Shown here one piece after another: positions 11,651 to 20,028 of a DNA stretch of 64,000 nucleotides. Below the pieces are notes generated by a model that was given only the letters and a program-made list of their open reading frames with translations, had not been told where the DNA came from and did not search any database. Origin of the DNA: Desulfomicrobium sp. GTDB taxonomy: Bacteria > Desulfobacterota > Desulfovibrionia > Desulfovibrionales > Desulfomicrobiaceae. The translations under genes were made by a program, and so were the position numbers. The stretch is taken from assembly GCA_040768745.1 (NCBI GenBank), contig JAXGMI010000001.1:1440001-1504000 (forward strand), read 5' to 3'. The first letter of the stretch is position 1. Every line of letters starts with the position of its first letter.

Positions 11651-12718
11651 CTAGAGCCCCGAAGCTTCACGCCGCATGACGGAAGACTGGCCGCTGCGGG
11701 AAAAAAGGCTCAATTCGGTATTGGCATGCAGACCTTGGACAATCTGGTCATTGGCCTTTTTCCGCACGAAGAGGGCTGCCTGCTGCAAGGCGGTGGTGAT
11801 GGCACGGGCATTGGACGAGCCATGGCAGACAATAGCGATGCCGTTCAGGCCGAGAATGGGCGCTCCACCATATTCGGCGTAGTCGATTTTCTTGGTGAAA
11901 CGCTTGAATGCGGGCAGCGCGATCAAAGTCCCGAGTTTGGACCAGATGGACCTCTTGAGCTCTGTCTTGAGCATGGTCGTCAGGGCCGATCCCAGGCCTT
12001 CACTGAGCTTGAGTGCGACATTGCCGACAAATCCGTCACAGACGATGACGTCGGTTTCCCCGGTGAAAACATCACGTCCCTCGACGTTGCCGATGAAGTT
12101 CAGGGACGAGCTTTTGAGAAGGCTGTAGGCTTCCTTGGTCAGGGCGTTACCCTTCCCTTCTTCCTCGCCGATACTGAGGATGCCGACCTTGGGACTAGCG
12201 ATGCCCAAAACGTGGCGCGCCAGCACCTCGGCCATCAGACCGAATTGAACGAGGTTATATGGCTTGCAGTCGGCATTGGCCCCCACGTCGATGAGGACAA
12301 TGGGCTTTTTCAGAGTGGGCATGATGGAAGCCAAGGCCGGCCGGTCCACGCCATTGATGCGGCCAAGGATGAACATGCCGCAGGCCAGGGCCGCGCCAGA
12401 GTTCCCGGCTGTGACAACCCCTTGCGCGCGGCCTTCGCGCACCAATCGGAAGGCGACCTGAATGGAGCTGTCCTTCTTGCGACGCAGAATATCAGAAGGC
12501 CTTTCGGCCATGCCCGCGACCTGCGTCGTGTGCACGACTTCAACCTCCAGGTCGTTGTGGGCGTGCCTGCCCAGTTCCTGGTTGATGGATGCTTCATCAC
12601 CCACCAGGATGATCTTGGCTCCAGTCTCGCGGGCAGCAGCCAGGGAGCCCGGAACATTGATTTCCGGGCCATAGTCTCCCCCCATGGCGTCCACGGCGAG
12701 GCTGAGATCTTTAGGCAT
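11651..12718 (-). CDS. plsX: Phosphate acyltransferase PlsX
   Basis: AVDAMGGD, GNSGA, DVGAN, GNVEGRD, CDGFVGN, HGSS. Start at MPKDL. Confidence 0.96.
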   Translation of the reverse strand: MPKDLSLAVDAMGGDYGPEINVPGSLAAARETGAKIILVGDEASINQELGRHAHNDLEVEVVHTTQVAGMAERPSDILRRKKDSSIQVAFRLVREGRAQGVVTAGNSGAALACGMFILGRINGVDRPALASIMPTLKKPIVLIDVGANADCKPYNLVQFGLMAEVLARHVLGIASPKVGILSIGEEEGKGNALTKEAYSLLKSSSLNFIGNVEGRDVFTGETDVIVCDGFVGNVALKLSEGLGSALTTMLKTELKRSIWSKLGTLIALPAFKRFTKKIDYAEYGGAPILGLNGIAIVCHGSSNARAITTALQQAALFVRKKANDQIVQGLHANTELSLFSRSGQSSVMRREASGL

Positions 12719-12890
12719 CAACTGCCTTGGCGTACTGGCGACCCTTGTACTTGCCGCATCCCGGACAGATGCAGTGGGACAGGCTTGCCTCACCGCATTC
12801 ACAGTACACAACATTGGGGATGGCGACATGGTCGTGGGAACGGCGCATGTTTCTTCTGGATTTGGATGTTTTCTTTTTGGGTAATGGCAT
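12711..12890 (-). CDS. rpmF: 50S ribosomal protein L32
   Basis: MPLPKKKTSKSRRNMRRSH...CECGE...CPGCGKYKGR. Confidence 0.96.
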   Translation of the reverse strand: MPLPKKKTSKSRRNMRRSHDHVAIPNVVYCECGEASLSHCICPGCGKYKGRQYAKAVDA

Positions 12891-12915
12891 GGTGTCACCT
12901 CTATCGCATCTAGGT

Positions 12916-13446
12916 CTAATGATTTTTAATTTTAACGCCTTGGAGCGCTCTGGCCAAGGGGGATTGGGTGTCCAGGTTGCTGCAGACGCATTGTTCCAGA
13001 TTCCTGTTTTTTCCGCATTGCGGACATAGCCCCAAACATGAGTCGGAGCAAAGAATTTTTTCAGGCATGGCCAGGAGGAATTCCTCCCACAACAGGGCGG
13101 TTGCATTCAGCTCCCAGCCCGTATCAGTGGCCCGAAGATGATTTTCCTCGCCTTCGAGGGCCTCCGTGTCTTCATACGCTTCGAAGGTTTCAAAATGGTG
13201 ATCCAGGCCTACCTTGGCGACTTCGGAGCAGCGGTGGCAGATGGTTCCCACGGTGCCGGTCAGACGTCCCTGAATCAGGTATCCTTCCGGCTGGGGGATG
13301 ACGGACAAGGTGGCCTGCAGGGGGGCAAGAATTTCCGCGTCATATTGGAACTCCCGCCACAGCATGCGCCACATATCCTGATCATCAAAAGAAAATTCCC
13401 GACCATGAGTCGGGATATTCGTCAACCCAATCCAGCACTCAACCAT
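12916..13446 (-). CDS. yceD: YceD/DUF177 family protein
   Basis: CHRC and CSDSCLGLCPQCGKNRN motifs; canonical position upstream of rpmF. Confidence 0.9.
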   Translation of the reverse strand: MVECWIGLTNIPTHGREFSFDDQDMWRMLWREFQYDAEILAPLQATLSVIPQPEGYLIQGRLTGTVGTICHRCSEVAKVGLDHHFETFEAYEDTEALEGEENHLRATDTGWELNATALLWEEFLLAMPEKILCSDSCLGLCPQCGKNRNLEQCVCSNLDTQSPLARALQGVKIKNH

Positions 13447-13467
13447 TTTCCACCTCGAGTCGGGACG

Positions 13468-13495
13468 TGTATAGTTGTCCTCTTTTTCCTGTCAA
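13468..13495 (-). promoter_or_regulatory. Candidate sigma-70 promoter for the yceD-rpmF-plsX-fab operon
   Basis: Minus strand TTGACA-N16-TATACA. Confidence 0.55.
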
Positions 13496-13505
13496 GGATT
13501 TTTAC

Positions 13506-13534
13506 TTGCCATTCCCCGCGCCGGAAGATATGAA
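13506..13534 (+). promoter_or_regulatory. Candidate sigma-70 promoter for rpmB
   Basis: TTGCCA-N17-TATGAA. Confidence 0.5.
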
Positions 13535-13638
13535 CCCAAATTCCTCTGGCGGCAAACCACGATCATGGCCGGCAGGAAGGTCTCGGAGCTGCCAGGCCAT
13601 GACAGCTGAGATATTTTAGCACTACTTAGGAGGACATT

Positions 13639-13839
13639 ATGTCGAAGGTATGCGATATTTGCGGGAAGAGCCCCCAGGTTGGCAACAATGTCAGCCACGC
13701 CAACAACAAGACAAAACGGCGCTTCATGCCCAATCTGCAGTCCGTGCGCGCTCAGCTGCAGAGCGGAGAAGTGAAACGGATCAAGGTGTGCACCCAGTGC
13801 ATCCGTTCAGGAGCCGTGACAAAGCCGGTGGCGAATTAG
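13639..13839 (+). CDS. rpmB: 50S ribosomal protein L28
   Basis: [10 protein letters not shown]...[20 protein letters not shown]...CTQC; AGGAGG RBS. Confidence 0.97.
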   Translation: MSKVCDICGKSPQVGNNVSHANNKTKRRFMPNLQSVRAQLQSGEVKRIKVCTQCIRSGAVTKPVAN

Positions 13840-13863
13840 TCTTTCCTATCATGTTGACAAAAA

Positions 13864-13880
13864 AGGCGACTTGGTCGCCT
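13864..13880. repeat. 17-bp target-site duplication, left copy (AGGCGACTTGGTCGCCT)
   Basis: Identical to 15497-15513; itself a hairpin. Confidence 0.9.
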
Positions 13881-15496
13881 CAGACCACTGACAAACCCTC
13901 GTCACACTGTCCGGCGAGGGTTTGTTTTTTCTGACGATGTGTATTTTTCCTGAAATCGTTCAGGAGGCCCTTCTGGGATCAAATTGGGGCGTATTGGCGC
14001 TTCTGTTGTTGGAATATCCCGTAAATAAAGGACAGAATCATCCCGGCCATGGCGCCCGCCGGGCTTGCTGGCCTGCGGAGTCCCAACCTGGACAAGTGCA
14101 GCGCGATTTTCTTCATGTTGAACGCGGCCGCACACAGCAGGCACTGCTCCAAGACCTTCGAGAGACCACGCATCCGGGCGTAACGATGCCCATGCAGTTC
14201 CTTGCAGTCGGCAAAGCTGCGTTCAACCGTTTCCTTGCGTCGGGCATAGATGGCCTTGCCACGCTCCGTCAGCCGGTTGGAGTCGATGCGTTCCCGACTA
14301 TCTTCCCATACGTGGCGCGCTATGACCCGTCGGCATATCTTGCTGGTCGTGCATCTCTCAAGAAGCTGACATGCTTTGCAAATCTTGGGATCCGAGGCGT
14401 ATTCCCGGTAACCCGCCCGGTTGGTGGTTCGGTAACTCAAAAGGCAGTTTGCAGGGCAGACGTAGCAATCCACTGAGTCGTCGTAGAAAAAATCCTTGCG
14501 TCTGAAGCGGCCCGTGTTTTTTCCAAAACGACGGTAGCCAACCACTCCAAAAATCCCTCTCTCCTCAAGCCCTTTGCAGATTCCTGTCGTCGCGTAGCCA
14601 GCATCCAGTCCAACCGCCTCCACTTCAAAACCAAATCGTTCGCGCTGTCGATCAAGACGATCAAGATACGGTATCGAGTCATGCACATTGCCTGGCGTCA
14701 CGTACGTATCCGTGATCAGGCCATGAAGACCGTCCACCGAGCGGTGATCCAGAAAGAAGAACCCCTTGGGCTTGCCGTCCCGGTGCATGTAGCCAGACTC
14801 CGGGTCCGTCGTGCTCTGCTTGACCGTCTTGGTTTCGGGTTCCGGATCGTTCTCTTTCAACGCCTTCTTGCCGTGGTCGGCCCGGTCCTGGGCAACGTCC
14901 CGCTCCAGATCATCGATGTAATCCCGCGTGCTCTTGGCAACCTCGGCTTCGACAAACTTGTTCTTGTTGGCGTTGGCCTTGAGGTGGGTCGAATCCGTGT
15001 ACAGGGTACGACCGTCGATCATCTTGCGGCGGATGGCCTGAACCACGATCTCGTCGAAAATCTCCTGGTAGACCGTGCTCTGGTTGAAGCGACGGCGGCG
15101 GTTCTGGCTGATGGTCGAGGCGTCGGGAATCTTGTCTTCCAGGCTGAAGCCCAAAAACCAGCGGTAGGCGACATTGACCTTGATCTCCTCAATCAGCCGC
15201 CGCTCACTGCGGATGCCGAACAGATACCCCAGAAAGAGCATCTTGAAGAGCACTGTCGGATCAAGAGCCGGCCGGCCGTTGTCCGGACAGTACAGGTCTT
15301 TGACCTTGTCGTGGATGAAACGGAAATCGATGAACTTGGTGATCTTACGAAGAAGATGATCTTTGGGAACCAAGCGCTCGATGCAGACGAATTCGTACTT
15401 CAGTTGTTTGGGTCCTGTGCTGCGTAACATGTAAGCTTTCATAACAAAACCCCCGTCATTTGACGAGGGTTTTGAGGTGACTTTGTCAGCAGTCTG
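13881..15496 (-). mobile_element. IS1182-family insertion sequence, 1616 bp
   Basis: Terminal inverted repeats CAGACCACTGACAAA / CAGACTGCTGACAAA (13/15 match), flanking 17-bp direct repeat, one transposase ORF. Confidence 0.92.
13979..15442 (-). CDS. IS1182-family DDE transposase
   Basis: LVPKDHLLRKI, GRPALDP, SERRL, YRWFLG, PDASTIS, DSTHLKANA, STTDPES, DAGY, CP motif, RRKETVERSFAD. Confidence 0.93.
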   Translation of the reverse strand: MKAYMLRSTGPKQLKYEFVCIERLVPKDHLLRKITKFIDFRFIHDKVKDLYCPDNGRPALDPTVLFKMLFLGYLFGIRSERRLIEEIKVNVAYRWFLGFSLEDKIPDASTISQNRRRRFNQSTVYQEIFDEIVVQAIRRKMIDGRTLYTDSTHLKANANKNKFVEAEVAKSTRDYIDDLERDVAQDRADHGKKALKENDPEPETKTVKQSTTDPESGYMHRDGKPKGFFFLDHRSVDGLHGLITDTYVTPGNVHDSIPYLDRLDRQRERFGFEVEAVGLDAGYATTGICKGLEERGIFGVVGYRRFGKNTGRFRRKDFFYDDSVDCYVCPANCLLSYRTTNRAGYREYASDPKICKACQLLERCTTSKICRRVIARHVWEDSRERIDSNRLTERGKAIYARRKETVERSFADCKELHGHRYARMRGLSKVLEQCLLCAAAFNMKKIALHLSRLGLRRPASPAGAMAGMILSFIYGIFQQQKRQYAPI

Positions 15497-15513
15497 AGGC
15501 GACTTGGTCGCCT
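15497..15513. repeat. 17-bp target-site duplication, right copy
   Basis: AGGCGACTTGGTCGCCT followed by a T-tract. Confidence 0.9.
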
Positions 15514-15530
15514 TTTTTGTTGCATCCTGT

Positions 15531-16127
15531 CTATTTTTTCAGTTGCTGGTTGACGAAATCCCAGTTGACGAGCTTGTCCAGGAAGTCTTGCAGGTAGTCC
15601 GCCCTCCGGTTCTGATAGTCCAGATAATAGGCGTGTTCCCATACGTCGGCCGTGAGCAGGGCCTTGGCCCCGTGGGCCATGGGCGTATCCGCGTTAGGCG
15701 TTTTCATGATTTCGAGCTTGCCCCCTTTTTCCACCAGCCAGGCCCAGCCGCTGCCAAACTGGGTCATACCGGCCTCCTTGAACGCCTTGGCAAAATTATC
15801 GTAGCCGCCGAAGGTCTGTGCGATGCCTTCGGCGATAGGGCCGGTGGGTGCCCCTCCTCCGCCTGGCTTCATGCACTGCCAGTAAAAGGAATGGTTCCAG
15901 CTCTGGGCCGCGTTGTTGAAGACGCCGATCCGGCTCGGATCGCCAGCCGTGGCCAGGATGATTTCCCGCAAGGTCTTGCCGTCGAGATCTGTGCCAGCGA
16001 TGAGCTTGTTGGTGTTGTCGATGTACAGCTGATGGTGCTTTCCATGATGAAAGTCGAAGGTTTTGGCGCTGATGCACGGGCTCAAGCTGTCCTTGGCATA
16101 GGGAAGATCCGGGAGAACAAAGATCAT
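15531..16127 (-). CDS. sodB: Superoxide dismutase (Fe-type)
   Basis: HHGKHH, FNNAAQSWNHSFYW, QFGSGWAW, DVWEHAYY. Start at MIFVLP with AGGAGG RBS. Confidence 0.95.
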   Translation of the reverse strand: MIFVLPDLPYAKDSLSPCISAKTFDFHHGKHHQLYIDNTNKLIAGTDLDGKTLREIILATAGDPSRIGVFNNAAQSWNHSFYWQCMKPGGGGAPTGPIAEGIAQTFGGYDNFAKAFKEAGMTQFGSGWAWLVEKGGKLEIMKTPNADTPMAHGAKALLTADVWEHAYYLDYQNRRADYLQDFLDKLVNWDFVNQQLKK

Positions 16128-16296
16128 ACAAGCCTCCTGTGGTGATGAATGGAAGGTGATGCCGGCTGTTCTTTGGAACTGCTGCCCGTCAGACGGGCAT
16201 CGGCAACCCAGTGGGAAAGTCGGATTCAAAGTGAATCAATGCCCGTGCTCTGTCAACAGGGGGATCGGAAAAAGCTCTTCCTGATTGCCAGAGGCC

Positions 16297-17439
16297 TCAG
16301 TACAGGCTGAATCTGGCCAGTCGTCCGTCCAGGCCGCTGTTCTTGAGAGGTTTTTTCCAGTCGGGCTTGAGGCCTATGCTTTTCAGCCAGGTCCGGTCTC
16401 CGAAATAGACGTAGGCAATGGACCCTGGGCAGTGTCGCTTGAGGTGGTCGCCAAAGCGCTTGAACCAGCCGGCCATGTCCTCGCTTCTCCCGAGGCGGAG
16501 GCCGTAGGGCGGATTGCAGACGATGGTTGTCCCGGCTAGGTCCTGGCGGGTGAAGAAGTCCTTGCGTCCGACCACAACCTCGTCACCTCCAGGAAGGCGG
16601 GAGAGGTTGGCCCGCGTGGCCTCCACAGCCGCCGGGTCAATGTCGCTCCCGCGCAGGTCTGCAGCGAATCCGTCCACGAGGTCGCCCCTGGCCGCGGCGT
16701 CGCGCTCCAGGTCCCACAGCGCGGGCTGGAAATCGGGCATCCGCATGAAGCCGAAGGCGGTGCGCAAGAGGCCTGCCGGCAGGTTCGCGGCGTGCATGAG
16801 CGCTTCGCAGAGGATTGTGCCGGACCCGCACATGGGGTCGATCAGGGGTGAGCCGCCGTCCCAGCCGCTCATGCGGATGACGGCCGCGGCCACGGCTTCG
16901 TTCATGGGCGCTTCCACACTCTGCACGCGGTAGCCGCGGCGGTGCAGGGAGCCGCCGGAGACGTCGAGGCTGATGGTGGCCATATTCTCGTGGACGTGCA
17001 GGTGCAGCCAGAGGTCCGGCTCGCGAGGGTCCACGCTAGGCCGGCGGCCGGTGCGGTCGCGGAACCAGTCGACTACGGCGTCCTTGAGCTTGAGGCCCGC
17101 ATACTGGGAATGGGTGATGCGGCTTTTGGACACGTTGGCAAAGACAGCAAGGGTCTGGTCGGGGTTCAGGAAATCCGACCAGCGCAGGTCCCGGGCAGCA
17201 GTGTAGATGGCCTGCTCGTCAGGGCAGGCGAAGCGGGCCAGGGGGGCCAGGATCCGCGTGGACAGCCGCGAACGGTAGACGATGCGGTAGAGTGCGCGGT
17301 GGTCCGCCTTGAAGTGCACGAAGCGGAAACCAGGGGCGCAGTCCGTGGCTCCCAATTGGGCCAGTTCGTCCCGGGCCAGATCCTCAATGCCGTCGGCCAC
17401 CTGGGCCGTGAAGAGGTGGTTCTGCTGGTAGTTGTACAT
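16297..17439 (-). CDS. THUMP-domain RNA methyltransferase (RlmL-like)
   Basis: SLHRRGYR, APMNEAVAA, DPMCGSGT, NPPYG. Confidence 0.9.
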   Translation of the reverse strand: MYNYQQNHLFTAQVADGIEDLARDELAQLGATDCAPGFRFVHFKADHRALYRIVYRSRLSTRILAPLARFACPDEQAIYTAARDLRWSDFLNPDQTLAVFANVSKSRITHSQYAGLKLKDAVVDWFRDRTGRRPSVDPREPDLWLHLHVHENMATISLDVSGGSLHRRGYRVQSVEAPMNEAVAAAVIRMSGWDGGSPLIDPMCGSGTILCEALMHAANLPAGLLRTAFGFMRMPDFQPALWDLERDAAARGDLVDGFAADLRGSDIDPAAVEATRANLSRLPGGDEVVVGRKDFFTRQDLAGTTIVCNPPYGLRLGRSEDMAGWFKRFGDHLKRHCPGSIAYVYFGDRTWLKSIGLKPDWKKPLKNSGLDGRLARFSLY

Positions 17440-17440
17440 G

Positions 17441-17476
17441 GGATGGACCTTGTGGACAGGATGGACGGTGTGGACA
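17441..17476. repeat. Tandem repeat, 2x18 bp (TGGAC every 9 bp)
   Basis: GGATGGACCTTGTGGACA then GGATGGACGGTGTGGACA (16/18 identical). Confidence 0.7.
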
Positions 17477-17518
17477 CGCCCTAAAGAGAATGCAAAGGCC
17501 CGGTTTCCCGGGCCGCAA

Positions 17519-18913
17519 TTACAGAGTCAGGGCCTTTTGAAAGCGGGCCAGGGTGCGCTCTCGTCCCAGGACTTCCATGGTTTCGAAAAGGCCTGGGCTG
17601 GTGGTCGAGCCGGTGATGGCCACGCGGATGGGCTGGGCTAAGGCCTTGAACTTGAGTCCCGTTTCCTCCAGATAGGCCGCGGCCATGTCCTCCAGGGACT
17701 TGTGGTCGAAAGCGGTCAGGGCTTCCATGCGGGAGGCCATGACGGCCAGGTGTCCGCGGATCTCCGGCGTCAGGAGTTTGGCCACGGCCGCCCCGTCGTA
17801 GGGCAGGGTGTCGGCCGTGTGGAAGAAAAAGGCCGCCTGTTCGGCCATTTCCTTCAAGGTTTTGGCCCGTGTCTGATACAGGGGTACGATGGCCTCCAGA
17901 TAGGGTTGTTCCGGCGCAATGCCGGAAGTTTCCTGAAGCAGGTCCCCAAGCAGGCGGGCCAGCCGCGCCACCTCCCCGGTCTTGATGAAATGGCTGTTGG
18001 TCCAGTTCAGCTTGTCCATGTCGAAGACCGAGGCCGATTTGCCAAGGCCTTCGAGGGAGAATTTCTGCAGCAGTTCGGCCATGGTGAAGAGTTCATCGTC
18101 GCCGTGGGACCAGCCCAGGCGGACCAGATAGCTGAGCATGGCCTCCGGCAGGTAGCCGAGCTCCCTGTACGTCATGACCGAGGTCGCGCCATGGCGCTTG
18201 CTCATCTTTTTCTTGTCAGGTCCCAGAATCATGGGCACGTGGCCGAATTTGGGCAGGGGGAAGCCCATGGCCTCGTACAGGAGGATCTGCTTGGGCGTGT
18301 TGTTCTGATGGTCGTCGCCCCGGATGACATGGGTCACGCCCATCTCGGCGTCGTCCACGACCACGGCCATCTGGTAGATGGCCGAGCCGTCGGCGCGGCG
18401 GATGACGAAGTCGTCCATTTCCTGCACGTCCCAGGCGATGGGGCCCTTGATGATGTCGTCAAAAACCACTTTGCCCGTCAGCGGGGTCTTGAAGCGGACC
18501 ACACGGCCCGGGCCGGGCCCGAGATCCTGCTCGCGGCATTTCCCGTTGTATTTGGGCTTGAGGCCGGCGGCGCGGGCCGTCTCGCGCATCTCGTCCACTT
18601 CCTCGGGCGTGCAGGAGCAGTAGTAGGCCGCGCCTGTCTCCAGGAGCTTGTCCACGTAACGGTTATAGAGATCTCCGCGCTGGCTCTGGAAATACGGGCC
18701 TTCGTCGAAATCAAGGCCCAGCCAGTGCATGGCGTCGATGATGGCGTCTGTCATTTCCTGGGTCGAGCGGGCCTGATCCGTGTCCTCGATGCGCAGGATG
18801 AATTTGCCGTCGTTCTGGCGGGCGTAGAGATAATTGAAGAGCGCGGTGCGGGCGCCTCCGATATGCAGATACCCGGTGGGGCTGGGGGGGAAACGGGTCA
18901 CGATTTGGGTCAT
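17519..18913 (-). CDS. gltX: Glutamate--tRNA ligase
   Basis: RFPPSPTGYLHIGG, RIEDTD, HVIRGDDH, KMSKRHG. Confidence 0.97.
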   Translation of the reverse strand: MTQIVTRFPPSPTGYLHIGGARTALFNYLYARQNDGKFILRIEDTDQARSTQEMTDAIIDAMHWLGLDFDEGPYFQSQRGDLYNRYVDKLLETGAAYYCSCTPEEVDEMRETARAAGLKPKYNGKCREQDLGPGPGRVVRFKTPLTGKVVFDDIIKGPIAWDVQEMDDFVIRRADGSAIYQMAVVVDDAEMGVTHVIRGDDHQNNTPKQILLYEAMGFPLPKFGHVPMILGPDKKKMSKRHGATSVMTYRELGYLPEAMLSYLVRLGWSHGDDELFTMAELLQKFSLEGLGKSASVFDMDKLNWTNSHFIKTGEVARLARLLGDLLQETSGIAPEQPYLEAIVPLYQTRAKTLKEMAEQAAFFFHTADTLPYDGAAVAKLLTPEIRGHLAVMASRMEALTAFDHKSLEDMAAAYLEETGLKFKALAQPIRVAITGSTTSPGLFETMEVLGRERTLARFQKALTL

Positions 18914-19029
18914 GTTGCTCTTCCAAGAATCCGGCGCGCGGCCGGTTGTGCCACGCGACCTGCCGGTGGAGGTCACGCGGGAAAGATGTTGTGGTTCGGG
19001 ACGCCTTCCCGCGGAGCGGGAGCGCGGAC

Positions 19030-19251
19030 CTACACGGCCTCGACGGCCTTGATACCGGGGACCATCTTTTTCACAGCGCGCTCAATGCTGTTTCGGAGCG
19101 TCATCTGGGACATGGGGCAGCCCTTGCAGGCCCCGGTCAGGCGGACTTGCACGATGCCGCTGGGCAGGATGTCGACCAGTTCCACGTAGCCTCCGTCGGC
19201 CTGGAGGATGGGCCGCACGGTGTCGAGGGCTTTTTCGACCTGTACTCGCAT
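19030..19251 (-). CDS. NifU C-terminal (Nfu) domain Fe-S protein
   Basis: VRPILQADGG...LTGACKGCPMSQMTL. Confidence 0.92.
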   Translation of the reverse strand: MRVQVEKALDTVRPILQADGGYVELVDILPSGIVQVRLTGACKGCPMSQMTLRNSIERAVKKMVPGIKAVEAV

Positions 19252-19299
19252 GCGTTCTCCGCGGCCCGCGCCCTATCCGTTGCGCCGGGCCCGTGTCAA

Positions 19300-19653
19300 T
19301 CATTCCTCGAAGAGGAGGCCGGCCAGGAGTTTTTCCGGGTCGCGCCGTTCGGGCACCGTCTCGTGAGGGACCTTCCCGTCGTTCCATTCCTGGGACACGT
19401 AGAGGCCGCAGTAGCAGGCGCCGAATTCGGCCACGTCCGGCTCACGGTATACGCAGGGACAGAAGATGTCCTTGTCCAGATCACGGTTGCCCGATGCCAG
19501 GCGGCATGGGCAGGCCATGTACCCGTAGCGGTCGCGGTTGACCAGCAGGCTTTCCAGGAGGTCCAGTACGAACTCCTTGTCCTTGTTGAAGAAAAATCCT
19601 TTGGATTCCTGCAAAGGGCGCAGTTTTTCGTAGAATTCCTGGGGGGTCATCAT
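19300..19653 (-). CDS. Ferredoxin:thioredoxin reductase catalytic-subunit-like protein
   Basis: CPC, CPC and CYC Cys motifs typical of FTR catalytic chains. Confidence 0.9.
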   Translation of the reverse strand: MMTPQEFYEKLRPLQESKGFFFNKDKEFVLDLLESLLVNRDRYGYMACPCRLASGNRDLDKDIFCPCVYREPDVAEFGACYCGLYVSQEWNDGKVPHETVPERRDPEKLLAGLLFEE

Positions 19654-19910
19654 CTTCTCTCCAGAGCTTCCTTGATCTGGTCCTGCTTGAAGCCGACAAT
19701 GGCTTCCTCGTCCACCAACAGGGTCGGGAAGGAAAGCTTGGGGTTGACCTTCTTGATGGCCTCGATGATCTGCCTGCGTTCCTCACCTTCGAGCTTGTCA
19801 ACAAAGATGCAGTCGTACTTGGCTCCGCAGTCGTCCAGATATTCCTTGGTCTTCTTGCAGTGGATGCAGGTGCTCAAGGCGTACAGTGTGATGTTTTTTT
19901 CAGGCATCAA
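19650..19910 (-). CDS. Glutaredoxin (NrdH-like)
   Basis: YALSTCIHCKKTK, SFPTL, IVGF; overlaps the FTR start by 4 nt. Confidence 0.9.
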   Translation of the reverse strand: MMPEKNITLYALSTCIHCKKTKEYLDDCGAKYDCIFVDKLEGEERRQIIEAIKKVNPKLSFPTLLVDEEAIVGFKQDQIKEALERR

Positions 19911-20028
19911 TCCTCCTTGCTATGCCCTGGGTGTTGGGATAGCCCTTATCAGTCTGTGAAATTCGGCAAGCTATAAAGATTAATCGATCCGCCGTCCACG
20001 CTCGGATGGGGAATATCGCGAGGAAAAC

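Noticed and set aside
13543..13610. c-di-GMP-I riboswitch (GGCAAACC)
   Set aside because: The GNRA loop and GACGCAAAGC elements are missing; kept only as a generic hairpin.
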